64,000 nt of DNA, taken from a virus. Location: IMG/VR virus record IMGVR_UViG_3300028549_003662, positions 1 to 64,000 of that record. One strand, given 5' to 3'. The translations under genes and the position numbers were made by a program. Below the pieces are notes generated by a model. The model was not told the origin of the DNA, searched no databases, and was given only the letters and a program-made list of their open reading frames with translations. This document shows, in pieces, positions 27,266-36,620 of the stretch; positions within the stretch are counted from its first letter, which is position 1, and each line of letters begins with the position of its first letter.

Positions 27266-28824
27266 CAATGTCTCCTTGTAGCCACAACGGCCTTGTTGCT
27301 GACGTACGTTGCCATGATGGAGCGTGTCATCTTCGCCTTCCCCTTGGCGACGTTGATGAGCATGATGTCCGCGGTGTCCTTGGTGAACAGGAACCACACG
27401 TGGACCTTGTTGACCTGGCCGTCGCGGGCCGTGCGGCATACCGCCTGTTCGATGATGGTCGGCGCCCAGTCCGACTCCACGAAGATGTTCTTGTTGCACA
27501 TCTGCAGGTTCAGCCCGGCGTTGCCGGATCGAATCTGCATAACCAGGACGCGCACCCGGCCCGCCTTGAAGTCGTCGATGACGCGCTTGCGCTGTGTCTT
27601 CGAGGTCTGCCCGAAGATGCACTCCGCACCAGGGATGGCCCGTGTCAAGCGCATGGTGGTCTCCTGGAAGTACGTCCAGATGATGAACTGGTTGTCCGGG
27701 TACGCCTTCATGATCTCCAGGGTCTTCGCGAGCTTCGGGCTGGGGAACTTGAGGATGTCGTCACCGGCCTTGAGGAAGCCGCTGCTGACCTGCAGCTCCT
27801 TCATGACTGCCGCCTTGAGCTCAACCATCGACGCCTGCTCCTTACCGCCCAGCAACTCCTTGCGGCGCTGGATGCTCAGGTAGCCCTTGGCGATGTCCTC
27901 AATGGCGCGGCGCTGTTCGTCGCTCTGTGGGCACTCCACAAAGCTCCTGGTGACATCGACGTCCTCGGAGGTCGAGGACTGGATGATAGCGCTTGCGATG
28001 ACGCGGTTGTGAATGATGGTCTCGTTCTTCGCGAGGAAGAACTCCTTCTGGAATCCGCCGACGAACTTCTTCTTGAAGTACGTGGACTTCATGTACTCGT
28101 AGCTGAAGTTGAACGCGTAGGGGTCGATGATGCTCATCTGCGGGAACAGGTCGTCGGGCTTGTTCGTCATCGGCGTGCCGCTGAGAACGAACCGGTAGTA
28201 CATGTTCATGTCGATGAGCTCGGCGATCATCGCGAACGTCTTCGTCTCCAGGTTCTTCGCGCGGTGGCTCTCATCGAGGATGATGCCGCCGAACTCTTCC
28301 TTGTACGGCAGCAGGTTTTCGAGCTGCTCGTAGTTGGTCACGATGATGTCGGCGTCGAGGTCACGGGTGTCGGGGAACACGTTGACCGTGCACTGGAAGA
28401 ACTTGGGAAGCTGTGTCTTCCACTCGTCCGTGACCGACTTCGGGCACACGACGAGGAACTTGTTGTTGGGAAAGCGCTGCGAGAGCGGCGAATACCGCAT
28501 CAGGTAGTTGGCCCAATATCCACCCAGGAAGGTCTTGCCGCGCCCCATGCCGAGGAACATCGTCCCGCGACCGAACGTGGCGCCGATGGTGAGCGGCACC
28601 ATCTGCTTCTCGCGGATCTGCGTGCCGGGCTGGAAGAAGTCCGTCACCGGCTTCACCAGGATGGGGTTGGTGAGGTCGATGTTGCCGGTGCGGTTGTAGG
28701 TCAGGCACATGTTGGAATAGACGTGGTGAAAGCTGCGGCACTTCGCGCGGTAGGCGCGAGCCGCTTCCGTGTTGCTGGATTCCTTGAGCAGAAAGCTGCC
28801 CTTATCGGCGGTGAACGTAAACAT
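27265..28824 (-). CDS. SNF2-family (SF2) helicase
   Basis: GMGRGKT, VVCPKS, DESH, SGTP, GNAGLNLQ, QAVCRTARDGQ. Confidence 0.92.
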   Translation of the reverse strand: MFTFTADKGSFLLKESSNTEAARAYRAKCRSFHHVYSNMCLTYNRTGNIDLTNPILVKPVTDFFQPGTQIREKQMVPLTIGATFGRGTMFLGMGRGKTFLGGYWANYLMRYSPLSQRFPNNKFLVVCPKSVTDEWKTQLPKFFQCTVNVFPDTRDLDADIIVTNYEQLENLLPYKEEFGGIILDESHRAKNLETKTFAMIAELIDMNMYYRFVLSGTPMTNKPDDLFPQMSIIDPYAFNFSYEYMKSTYFKKKFVGGFQKEFFLAKNETIIHNRVIASAIIQSSTSEDVDVTRSFVECPQSDEQRRAIEDIAKGYLSIQRRKELLGGKEQASMVELKAAVMKELQVSSGFLKAGDDILKFPSPKLAKTLEIMKAYPDNQFIIWTYFQETTMRLTRAIPGAECIFGQTSKTQRKRVIDDFKAGRVRVLVMQIRSGNAGLNLQMCNKNIFVESDWAPTIIEQAVCRTARDGQVNKVHVWFLFTKDTADIMLINVAKGKAKMTRSIMATYVSNKAVVATRRH

Positions 28825-28852
28825 GTGCCTGACCTCCTTTGTCGCGGAGTCC

Positions 28853-29263
28853 TTACTCCTTCACAGGCTTCGCAGCCTTGAAGGAGTAAGAGACAGCCCC
28901 GACGAATGTGCGAATGGCCTTGCGCTCGTTGAGCACCTTCAGTTCCTGGGACGTAGCTGCCTTTTCGAGATCGGTCTTCGTCACCTTGGCGACTTCCATG
29001 AAGCGCTTCTGGCCAAGGACATCCGCGACGGTTGCGGCGTCGACCTCGTACTTCATGGAGGTGGTCTGCGTGAGCACGCCGAGGTTGGGGGCGTCCCAGA
29101 CCTGCGGGGCGTACTTGGTAGCGAGCACCTCAGACTTCAGTGTGTCAAAGCGGGCCTCCATCGCCTTGATCCCCACCTTGAGCTCGGCCATCTCCTGGAG
29201 CTTTTTCTTTATAGGTAAGGGCAAAGGGGACGTGGCGGCGGTTGTTGTGTTCTTCGACGACAT
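28853..29263 (-). CDS. Hypothetical coiled-coil protein
   Basis: 136 aa, GAGGAG RBS, own promoter. Confidence 0.7.
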   Translation of the reverse strand: MSSKNTTTAATSPLPLPIKKKLQEMAELKVGIKAMEARFDTLKSEVLATKYAPQVWDAPNLGVLTQTTSMKYEVDAATVADVLGQKRFMEVAKVTKTDLEKAATSQELKVLNERKAIRTFVGAVSYSFKAAKPVKE

Positions 29264-29675
29264 AGCGGTACTCCTCGTTTAGGGTTAGGGTGAGAACATT
29301 TACGAATGCTTTTTCGTGAAGTCTGGCGACACGCGCAACTACTGCGGCGTCGCGGTCGGATTCCAACCAGCGGTAACGGCACTTGCGCCCATTGCTGTAG
29401 AGGTTGGTGATATTGACGCCGCATGCCGTGAGGTAGCTGCGAACTTTGTAGGTGTTCACCATCGCAATGAGCGGCATGCGGTCGTTTGTGATGATGCTTT
29501 GCCGCGCCACTTCCATGAGATCTAGAACCGCACATTCCCCCCACTGCACACGCAGCTTTATTCCGAACAGCATCGCTTTCGGAGCGAACAACATGCAGTG
29601 AGTGCCATGCCCGTATACGCTTGTTCGTGTAAGCCCAACGCGCTTGTAGGCCCAGATGACGAAGTCGCGGCGCAT
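29145..29675 (-). CDS. Hypothetical protein
   Basis: MRRDFVIWAYK...; fills the gap, 3' end overlaps next gene. Confidence 0.45.
   Translation of the reverse strand: MRRDFVIWAYKRVGLTRTSVYGHGTHCMLFAPKAMLFGIKLRVQWGECAVLDLMEVARQSIITNDRMPLIAMVNTYKVRSYLTACGVNITNLYSNGRKCRYRWLESDRDAAVVARVARLHEKAFVNVLTLTLNEEYRYVVEEHNNRRHVPFALTYKEKAPGDGRAQGGDQGDGGPL
29297..29325 (-). promoter_or_regulatory. Putative promoter
   Basis: CAGACT-17 bp-TAAATG; overlaps a 20-mer repeated at 41251. Confidence 0.4.
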
Positions 29676-29680
29676 AGCTG

Positions 29681-30265
29681 CTACCCGGCGGTGCGCTGCC
29701 GCAAGAGCTTGCGCAGCCGTGCCATGATCTCCACTTGCTTCTCCGGCTTCGGTGAGCGGTGGCCGCCCTTCCAAGCGTTGATGGTGCCGTACGGGACTCC
29801 GAGGTACTCCGCTTTAGGCAGCTCCGTCACCGTGAGCCCTGTTGCGGTCAGATCGTCCACTGCGCCGGAGAACTCAGCGGTGAACCCCTTTCTGGGTTTG
29901 GGAGCAGTGGCGGGAGCGATAGGCCACACCAAGCAGTAGGGTGCGAAGGTTTCAGATCCGTTCTCCCTGATACGACTCACGATGGTGGCGACGTCCTCGC
30001 TGTGCGGGGTCTGCCACCCGGCGAGTCCCATGTGGAGCGCCACAGCGAGCCGTGCGTCGAGCAGTGGGGTTCCAAGCGCACGCGCTGTCAGGACGACAGC
30101 GGCGACGAAGATGTTCTTCCCGCCGCCGGCCACACAAAACTCGTCAGTATGCCCGGTGGTGTGCATTGTGACAGCCATGCGCACCACGGTCTCAGCGACA
30201 TTGAGCACCGGGGAGCAGTCCCCGATGAGCTCAATGAGGCGGTCAATGTTTGGCGTTTCGTTCAT
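29681..30265 (-). CDS. Protein with C-terminal XRE-like HTH
   Basis: AEYLGVPYGTINAWKGGHRSP. Confidence 0.65.
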   Translation of the reverse strand: MNETPNIDRLIELIGDCSPVLNVAETVVRMAVTMHTTGHTDEFCVAGGGKNIFVAAVVLTARALGTPLLDARLAVALHMGLAGWQTPHSEDVATIVSRIRENGSETFAPYCLVWPIAPATAPKPRKGFTAEFSGAVDDLTATGLTVTELPKAEYLGVPYGTINAWKGGHRSPKPEKQVEIMARLRKLLRQRTAG

Positions 30266-30280
30266 CGCGCTCCACCTTTT

Positions 30281-30502
30281 CTATTTCTTGAACAGCCAGT
30301 AGCCGATGACGTACACGATGAAGAACAGCACGTATCCAACAACGACATGTCGCATCATGGAGATGACGCTGTCGTACAAGGAGCGATGCTTGCGCTGCGC
30401 CCATGCCTGCCCGACTTCGCCAGTATACGCGGCCAGCTTATCTTTTGTCAACCAGCGCAAACCGTCGAGATTTGCGCGTATTTCAGCCCACGTCTTGCGC
30501 AT
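30281..30502 (-). CDS. Small membrane protein
   Basis: C-terminal TM helix, GGAGG RBS. Confidence 0.65.
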   Translation of the reverse strand: MRKTWAEIRANLDGLRWLTKDKLAAYTGEVGQAWAQRKHRSLYDSVISMMRHVVVGYVLFFIVYVIGYWLFKK

Positions 30503-30507
30503 CTCTT

Positions 30508-30687
30508 TTACACCTCCAGAGGGGTGCGGCCGGAGTGCAGCACATCAACAGGTTCTGGCATGATCGCCATGCAGGCCTCGCAAACCACGTAGAGTACTTG
30601 CGGGTTTGCTTTCGGGCTCACGAGGATGAACGGCACGCCTTCTGTAATGGTCAGCGCGTCAGCCGTGGCGACCATCTTTGCAATCAT
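30508..30687 (-). CDS. Hypothetical protein
   Basis: ATGA overlap; CxxC. Confidence 0.5.
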   Translation of the reverse strand: MIAKMVATADALTITEGVPFILVSPKANPQVLYVVCEACMAIMPEPVDVLHSGRTPLEV

Positions 30688-31157
30688 TTCTTCCGCTGGG
30701 GTATGTCCCACTTGATCCTCCTTTCGGGGTTCCGGTTGCTGACACACGCGGCGATGCCCAGTTTGTTTCTGCGGTCTCGCACTGCTGGCGGCGAGCACCC
30801 GACGAGTATGGCGAGCTCGGTGTCCTTAATCGTCCCCAGCAGGGCATCCCACTTCGTCCAGTCAACGACTGCACGATCAAGTGCGAATGCCGGTATGCTC
30901 AGCTTCTCGCGGCGCTTGCACACCCGTGACGGCGTGCATCCGATGCGCCCCGCCAGGTCGACGTCGGTCACGGTCCCCAACAGCTTGTCCCACACCGTCC
31001 AGTCGATGTAGGAGCGCCAGTTCTTCAGGCCCGCCTTCTTTCGCATCCTGGCCACCTTGCGTGTCGAGCACTCTGCGGCGGCTGCGATGACGGTGTCGTT
31101 GTGTGTGGCCAGCATCTCCGCGATGCGCGCATCCGCTGGTTTAGGTGCTCTGCTCAC
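30684..31157 (-). CDS. Protein with three tandem HTH-like repeats
   Basis: (DW..WD.LLGT..D..LA..IGC....V..RR.KLGI) x2 plus a degenerate first copy. Confidence 0.75.
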   Translation of the reverse strand: MSRAPKPADARIAEMLATHNDTVIAAAAECSTRKVARMRKKAGLKNWRSYIDWTVWDKLLGTVTDVDLAGRIGCTPSRVCKRREKLSIPAFALDRAVVDWTKWDALLGTIKDTELAILVGCSPPAVRDRRNKLGIAACVSNRNPERRIKWDIPQRKK

Positions 31158-31160
31158 TTC

Positions 31161-31667
31161 CTACTCCTCCAGGCAGTTGCCGTGCTCGTCGAAGTCGTAC
31201 ACCGAGATCTCGATGAACTCCGCGTACGCCGCCGTGTGGTCTCTGCCGCCGGGCATGACGAGGCCGAGGCGGTCACGTATGCTGCGCGCGGTGCGTTGGA
31301 TGAAGTCGTCGTAGTGGTGCTGCAGCCGGAACAGCGCCGTCATTGCAGACTCACGACGCTTGTTGTCTGGGGTGATGGCGCTCACGGCGACTCTGTTGTT
31401 GGCCATGACTCGGAACTTCGGGGCGTGCAGGTGCTGCGCCGCGAAGAGCACTTCGTGCGGGAGCTTCGTGAACTCACCGAGACCGTGCACGGCGACCGCA
31501 TCCGCGTTTGTGGCGTCGAAGTACACGATGTCGGGGTTGATTCCGGCATGGCCGAAGGCGGCCTCGATGCTCAGTATGGTCTGTTGCTGCACATGCTCGT
31601 AGAAGCGCGGCATCAGGAAGACGTCGGCGCACTTCTGTGCTTCCGCTGTGAGCTCCTCGTACATCAT
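31161..31667 (-). CDS. Hypothetical protein
   Basis: 168 aa, overlap and RBS. Confidence 0.7.
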   Translation of the reverse strand: MMYEELTAEAQKCADVFLMPRFYEHVQQQTILSIEAAFGHAGINPDIVYFDATNADAVAVHGLGEFTKLPHEVLFAAQHLHAPKFRVMANNRVAVSAITPDNKRRESAMTALFRLQHHYDDFIQRTARSIRDRLGLVMPGGRDHTAAYAEFIEISVYDFDEHGNCLEE

Positions 31668-32002
31668 CTTGCACCTCTCAGTTCTTCAAGCACGCGCGCC
31701 GCCTTGATGCGTGCAGTGTTGAGGACACCGGCAGTGGCGCGCTCGGCGTGTTCCTTGTCGGGGGACTGCGCTGTTGTCACCAGGAACACCACGACGGCAT
31801 CGCGGTAATGGGAGACCGCGCGGGCGATGAAGGCGTCATCGCTCTCGCCGTTCCTGGTGACGCGGGTCAGCATGGGGCCGTTGTAGTAGACCACGAAGGT
31901 GCCGTCGCTGGTGTGGTAGTCCAGGGTGATGAGGATCTTGCTCTGAACGGACTTAGTTTCAGCGACGCGCATCACCGGCTTCGTTTCCCCGGCGCGGCTC
32001 AT
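31664..32002 (-). CDS. Hypothetical protein
   Basis: ORF in operon; start uncertain. Confidence 0.55.
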   Translation of the reverse strand: MSRAGETKPVMRVAETKSVQSKILITLDYHTSDGTFVVYYNGPMLTRVTRNGESDDAFIARAVSHYRDAVVVFLVTTAQSPDKEHAERATAGVLNTARIKAARVLEELRGAR

Positions 32003-32144
32003 CGTGATTCGTCTTCTGCTCAGCATTGTCGTTCTCCTTGCGCTTGGCGCCGTACGCACGCAGCGTGGCGCTGTTGATGTCGTCAGTGGCCAGGATGGCG
32101 GCGAAGTAGGCGTTGATGGCTTCATGCAGATTAGGCTTGTTCAT
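31959..32144 (-). CDS. Hypothetical protein
   Basis: GGAGGAG RBS. Confidence 0.55.
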   Translation of the reverse strand: MNKPNLHEAINAYFAAILATDDINSATLRAYGAKRKENDNAEQKTNHDEPRRGNEAGDARR

Positions 32145-34527
32145 TGCTCCTCCATTCTTGCAGGATGCGCTGTCCGATGAACTCCATGACTTGGCGCACC
32201 ATGCTGTTTCCGAGCATGCGGTAGCGATGCCCGTTTGGCATCATCTTGCCCTTCGTCCAGGGCACCAAAGTGAACCCGTCCTCGTAGCCCATCAGGCGCT
32301 CACACTCCGTCGGTGTCAGCCTGCGCACACGCAGCCGGTTGCGGAGATCCGCGTAGGATACGATGATGTGCTTCGGAGGGTCGTGGCGTTCGTCCCAGCC
32401 ATTCAGGTACGCCGCCAGGTCGGTCTCTGTAAACGTGGGGGCCTCTGCGGCGCTGTGAGGGTTCGTACCCTTCACGTAAGCGATGGCTGTCGGGTTCTTC
32501 GCCCCCAGGGCGGGGCAGATGTTCTCAGCGGCCGCATATTGTGTCGAGCTCATGTTGCCGGGGAAGGCCACCAGCAACGTGCCGGCCTCGAAGTCGCCGG
32601 GGTTGTGGGTGCCGCGGTTGGTTGTGAGAGCCGGTGTTACGTCGATAGGCCCTTGGGTGTTATTTCCTCCGAAGGCGAGTGTGCGCCCGACACAACCGTC
32701 AGTGCCAAGTCCAGCAGCGTCGGAAGCTGCTTTTCTGCTGTGCTCGCGCGATGGAGGATTCCCGCACAGGCCTTCGGGCTCAAATAGAATTCTTCGGGGG
32801 TCGCATCCTCCGCTTCTAGGACAGCCCACAACGAACACACGCGAGCGTCGCTGGGCGACACCGAACCATTGTGCGTCGAGAACTCTCCAGGCAATAATCC
32901 TTTTGGGTCCGACAACCCACCCCGCAGGCGGCCACTTTGGAACATGGCAGGCGCGTTTCTTGTCCCACTTCCAGAACTGCGAGCTCTTGCCTTCTGCGGG
33001 CCGGTCTCCGGGAGTGGCGGGGTCGTCGTCCCCAGCGAGGTATCCGATGAGGCATCCGAATGCGTTGGTGTGGTCGCTGAGCACGCCGGGGACGTTCTCC
33101 CACACGAACGCTCCGGGGTCGATTTCGTCAGCGAGCCTGACGTAGTGCAGGGTGAGGTTTCCTCTTGCGTCGTGGAGGCCTTGCCGCAGTCCCGCTTTGC
33201 TGTAGGACTGACAATTGTGAACAACGATAGCATCGGCGACATACGAGTTGTCTTCTTCGACTTCAAAGTTGTACACCTCCTTAACTTCGTTTGTTTCGAA
33301 AACACTGCGAACTTTACCCCACATGAACTGCTGTGACACAAAAGCGCTACGCGACTTTTCGTACATAGACACAGAGTATAGCGGCTTTTCGTTAACAGCG
33401 CGACCCTCTATAAGAAGCCTTCTCTTAGGGTAGCTTAGTACCACTGTGGTACTTACTCCGAGAGACGCAGCGATAAGGCGGACTCCTACAACCAAAGATT
33501 TGTTAACTGTGGCTATTTTACGAACAGTACCTCCGCCACATTTTTGTATTCCGACGCACCCATCAGCGAATAGATAGCCGTCGAGGAAGGCTCTTTTGTT
33601 CTCTTCTGACTCTCCGAAAAGCCACGCCGGTATTGTCTTGCCGGAGCACCCTTTACCGAAGTTGTCTACGAGCCAACGTGTAAGTGGTTTGGAACTTATT
33701 TGAAAACGTACAGTTGTACGTTCTTGTGAAACGCTGGCGTGCAATCCTGTAGCCGCTATGCGCTCAGCTAAGTAGTGCTGGTCTTTCTTGTTTCCGCAAA
33801 TGCACACGTAACCTGACGTTTGCCCTTCTGGGCGTTTACTACGTTGCGCATCGCGCACCCACCCGTCGCCTACCCACGCCCCGACAAGCCAAAAGAAGTC
33901 TTTCCCTAAGCTCGTAGGCATGTTTCGGCCTTCGTGGTTGCGCGTGTCGTCTATTTGCGGCGTACCTACTTCAGAGACCGCAGTAGGTGTCGCCCAGAAA
34001 CGACCAAGCATGTCTCCTGCGTTGGCCCATTCTGGATCTGAAACTATTTTGTAGTTGAGCGTCTTACCTGCGCGGCTTGTGGCGCTGAACTTTTTAGTAC
34101 GACTCCAGAATGGGTGCTCCCGTGTTGTTTCTAGCCCGTTGTGACCCTGGCCGCGCAGAATTACTGTTGGCGCGTTTTTACGCATCGTGGCAGTTACTTT
34201 GCGCCATCTGTTTTTATGCGTAAGCACCTCATCACCTACGACTACCGATTCGATAGGTACTAGCCCGCGTTTGGCGAGTATGAGTGTCCCCGCAACGAAA
34301 CAGGGAGTGCCACCAACGAGAACATCGACAAGGCCACGATACGCTCTCCCGTCGATCTCGGTCATGTCGCCGAGGTTAGGTGTTGCTGTGTAGCGGTGCC
34401 GGAGCACAGCGCATGGCGCGGCTTCTATCTCAGAAAACGCCACGGCTGTGAAGTCCGGTTCCTTCCAGGCCGCGCTCGCGCAGTCGATGCCGCTGCACAC
34501 GGAGAGGAAGCGTAACGGGTCCATCAC
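32131..34527 (-). CDS. dcm: DNA (cytosine-5) methyltransferase containing an intein
   Basis: LSVCSGI, GGTP|CQSYS, WENVPG, QRRSRVF, RRLTPTECERLMG, LGNS. Confidence 0.92.
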   Translation of the reverse strand: MMDPLRFLSVCSGIDCASAAWKEPDFTAVAFSEIEAAPCAVLRHRYTATPNLGDMTEIDGRAYRGLVDVLVGGTPCFVAGTLILAKRGLVPIESVVVGDEVLTHKNRWRKVTATMRKNAPTVILRGQGHNGLETTREHPFWSRTKKFSATSRAGKTLNYKIVSDPEWANAGDMLGRFWATPTAVSEVGTPQIDDTRNHEGRNMPTSLGKDFFWLVGAWVGDGWVRDAQRSKRPEGQTSGYVCICGNKKDQHYLAERIAATGLHASVSQERTTVRFQISSKPLTRWLVDNFGKGCSGKTIPAWLFGESEENKRAFLDGYLFADGCVGIQKCGGGTVRKIATVNKSLVVGVRLIAASLGVSTTVVLSYPKRRLLIEGRAVNEKPLYSVSMYEKSRSAFVSQQFMWGKVRSVFETNEVKEVYNFEVEEDNSYVADAIVVHNCQSYSKAGLRQGLHDARGNLTLHYVRLADEIDPGAFVWENVPGVLSDHTNAFGCLIGYLAGDDDPATPGDRPAEGKSSQFWKWDKKRACHVPKWPPAGWVVGPKRIIAWRVLDAQWFGVAQRRSRVFVVGCPRSGGCDPRRILFEPEGLCGNPPSREHSRKAASDAAGLGTDGCVGRTLAFGGNNTQGPIDVTPALTTNRGTHNPGDFEAGTLLVAFPGNMSSTQYAAAENICPALGAKNPTAIAYVKGTNPHSAAEAPTFTETDLAAYLNGWDERHDPPKHIIVSYADLRNRLRVRRLTPTECERLMGYEDGFTLVPWTKGKMMPNGHRYRMLGNSMVRQVMEFIGQRILQEWRSNEQA
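33214..34302 (-). mobile_element. Intein with LAGLIDADG homing endonuclease (363 aa)
   Basis: Begins CFVAGT, TREHPF block B, LVGAWVGDG and FLDGYLFADG, ends VYNFEVEEDNSYVADAIVVHN|C; lower GC. Confidence 0.93.
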
Positions 34528-34724
34528 ACCCCCAGTTCGTGGCCGTGCTCGATGAGCTCATCAGCGACATCAGAAGAAGTCATGCCGTGATAGCAGTGCC
34601 GTGACGCCCAATCACGAAGGCGGGCGTTGCGCGCCCGCTCGGTGTCGTAGCGCTTGGCTTCCTTCTCGTTCTCGAACACCTTTTCGTCCGCCGTTTTGTA
34701 GGCGGTTATTACTGCGATACCCAT
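34524..34724 (-). CDS. Hypothetical protein
   Basis: AYKTADEKVFENEKEA..Y common phage motif. Confidence 0.65.
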   Translation of the reverse strand: MGIAVITAYKTADEKVFENEKEAKRYDTERARNARLRDWASRHCYHGMTSSDVADELIEHGHELGV

Positions 34725-34735
34725 GTCGGTCCCCC

Positions 34736-35185
34736 TTAGAGCAGTTTTGCTGTGCTCAGCCATTTCGCAGGGCCTTCGGCGATGATCTCCTCGGCGAGTT
34801 CGAAGTCCTCGACGAATTGTCCGATGAGCTCTTGCGCGTACTTCAGCCACCGCTTCGGCGGGCTGGTCTTGCGGATGGCGCAGCGCACCGCCCACTCCAT
34901 CGTGACGGCCTCGCGCCAGCCCTTGATGAGGTCGTAGAGGCCTTTCGGCCCCTGGCGCTCACGCTCCCAGAACCATGTAAGGCTCACCGAGGAGCTTGCA
35001 CCGGCGCCGGCGTTACCGACACGAATGCGTGTCGACTCCATCAGCATGACGATGCGGTCATCGGGCAGGATGGCCAGCAGCCCGTCCTCGGTACGCTCAA
35101 GTTCTTCAGGCTGCGGTGGGTAGCCGTACTTGTCGATGATGCTGCGCTGTAACTTATCGTCGGTCACTTCTTCTTTCGTTATCAT
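34736..35185 (-). CDS. Hypothetical protein
   Basis: 149 aa, GGAGG RBS. Confidence 0.7.
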   Translation of the reverse strand: MITKEEVTDDKLQRSIIDKYGYPPQPEELERTEDGLLAILPDDRIVMLMESTRIRVGNAGAGASSSVSLTWFWERERQGPKGLYDLIKGWREAVTMEWAVRCAIRKTSPPKRWLKYAQELIGQFVEDFELAEEIIAEGPAKWLSTAKLL

Positions 35186-35199
35186 GGTACCTCCGGGGG

Positions 35200-35583
35200 T
35201 TAGTACTCATCTTCGATCCGTATGGCGGGGAACACCCCGTGCATGTGCTGTGTCTGGTAGTTGTTTTCCGCGCAGGATTCAGACACTGCGCGGAGAGTGG
35301 CGTTGGCGATGTCCTGCATCTTCGTGGCGTGCCGGATCTGTGCGCGCTTGCGTGCCCTGAGACTTTCCAGGGCTTCTTCCGGCGTCGGGTAGGCGTACCG
35401 CTTACGTGCGGTCTTGCTCACCCAGACGTGGCACTCGCTGCTTTCCATCCAGTGGCTCAGCCACTACCCCTTGGGGGTCTCGCGCACCATGTAGTATCGC
35501 GTCATGTACACCTTCACGCTGCCATCAGTTAACGATACCGCATCGAAGCGGTAGAAGAGATCACCAACAGCTACGTCAGGCAT
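35200..35583 (-). pseudogene. Phage protein interrupted by in-frame TAG (pseudogene or readthrough)
   Basis: GGAGG-ATG 35583; ...MVRETPKG*WLSHW...WVSKTARKRYAYPTPEEAL; TAG at 35466-35464. Confidence 0.7.
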
Positions 35584-36022
35584 TGCAGTCATCCTCCGTC
35601 GGTTTGCTGGCCATGTGCAGGGACGCCAGCACCTTGGCGATGTCGCCCTTGCTGAACAGGCTGCAATCCGTCATCATGTTCATGTAGGCGCTGAAGTAGG
35701 GTTCGAGTGCCCTGGGGTCGCGCTTGCAGCAGGAGACGATAACGTCCGAGACTTCGCGCTCCACGTCCGTTGTGCCGTTCTTGGAAGGCCTGGCATCTTC
35801 GAAGACAGGGAACGAGAACTCCGCGCACGTCTTGCGCCGGATATCGTCTCCCGGAATGATCTTCATGCATGAGGTGGCATACGAGCAGTTCACGCACACC
35901 CTGGCGGTGCGCATCAGCTTGTCGAAGTCCTCGCACATCATGGCTTCCGGTGTGTCACTCTCCTTGACAACAGCACACAATGAGAAATTGCAGCAGTTGC
36001 CGCATTTGCGCTCCTCACTCAT
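35576..36022 (-). CDS. Protein with two tandem Cys4 modules
   Basis: CGNC..C..C and CVNC..C..C; first module matches N-term of 13251 gene. Confidence 0.7.
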   Translation of the reverse strand: MSEERKCGNCCNFSLCAVVKESDTPEAMMCEDFDKLMRTARVCVNCSYATSCMKIIPGDDIRRKTCAEFSFPVFEDARPSKNGTTDVEREVSDVIVSCCKRDPRALEPYFSAYMNMMTDCSLFSKGDIAKVLASLHMASKPTEDDCNA

Positions 36023-36027
36023 GGCAG

Positions 36028-36285
36028 CTACCGTCCTTCCACGTGGCCATCAAGGCGGCCCGTTACCAACCATGCGGTCATGTACCGCATGAGCTCCTCG
36101 ACCTCAGCGGCGTCGAGGTGGTGGTCGCCCAGCCAGAGGCGGCTGCTTCCGGGGATGTCGTCGTGCCGGGAAGTCCCGTCACACGCCGACGACTCCTTGA
36201 TGATGGTGATGTCGCAGGGCTTGCCCATATGCGAGATGGGGTTTGTGACGTAGTTGAATCCGCGGTCGGTCTTTCTGAGCTTCAT
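36028..36285 (-). CDS. Conserved phage hypothetical protein
   Basis: KTDRGF..ESSA..LWLG..HL...V..L...W..TG.L. Confidence 0.7.
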   Translation of the reverse strand: MKLRKTDRGFNYVTNPISHMGKPCDITIIKESSACDGTSRHDDIPGSSRLWLGDHHLDAAEVEELMRYMTAWLVTGRLDGHVEGR

Positions 36286-36296
36286 TGCGTGCTCCT

Positions 36297-36620
36297 TCAG
36301 TACGGCGCCTTGGCGCCGGGGTAGATGTTCTTGCAGTTCATCGGAATCGCCGAGTGCACGTAATTCTTTGTATGCCCGTGGTCGGTGTAACCGTTTTCGT
36401 CGGTGGTCCGGTAGGTGATGATGGTGTCGACGACCGGCGTCAACACCTGCGTGAGCTCACCCTTGTCGTTAATCAGGAACTGCATTCCGTACACGCACAC
36501 AGCGCGTATGGTGCGCTGCGAGTCCTTGTACACGATTGTTGCGTCGTCATCAGCGGCGTACCCGAAGGAGTAGATGAGGCAGATGACGATGGCGATAAGC
36601 GTGGCGATGAAGTAACGCAT
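36297..36620 (-). CDS. Secreted/periplasmic protein
   Basis: Signal peptide MRYFIATLIAIVICLIYSFGYA; AGGAGG RBS. Confidence 0.65.
   Translation of the reverse strand: MRYFIATLIAIVICLIYSFGYAADDDATIVYKDSQRTIRAVCVYGMQFLINDKGELTQVLTPVVDTIITYRTTDENGYTDHGHTKNYVHSAIPMNCKNIYPGAKAPY

Noticed and set aside
29279-29290. TTAGGGTTAGGG telomere-like repeat
   Set aside because: Only two units; it is the CTAACCC pre-SD motif on the minus strand
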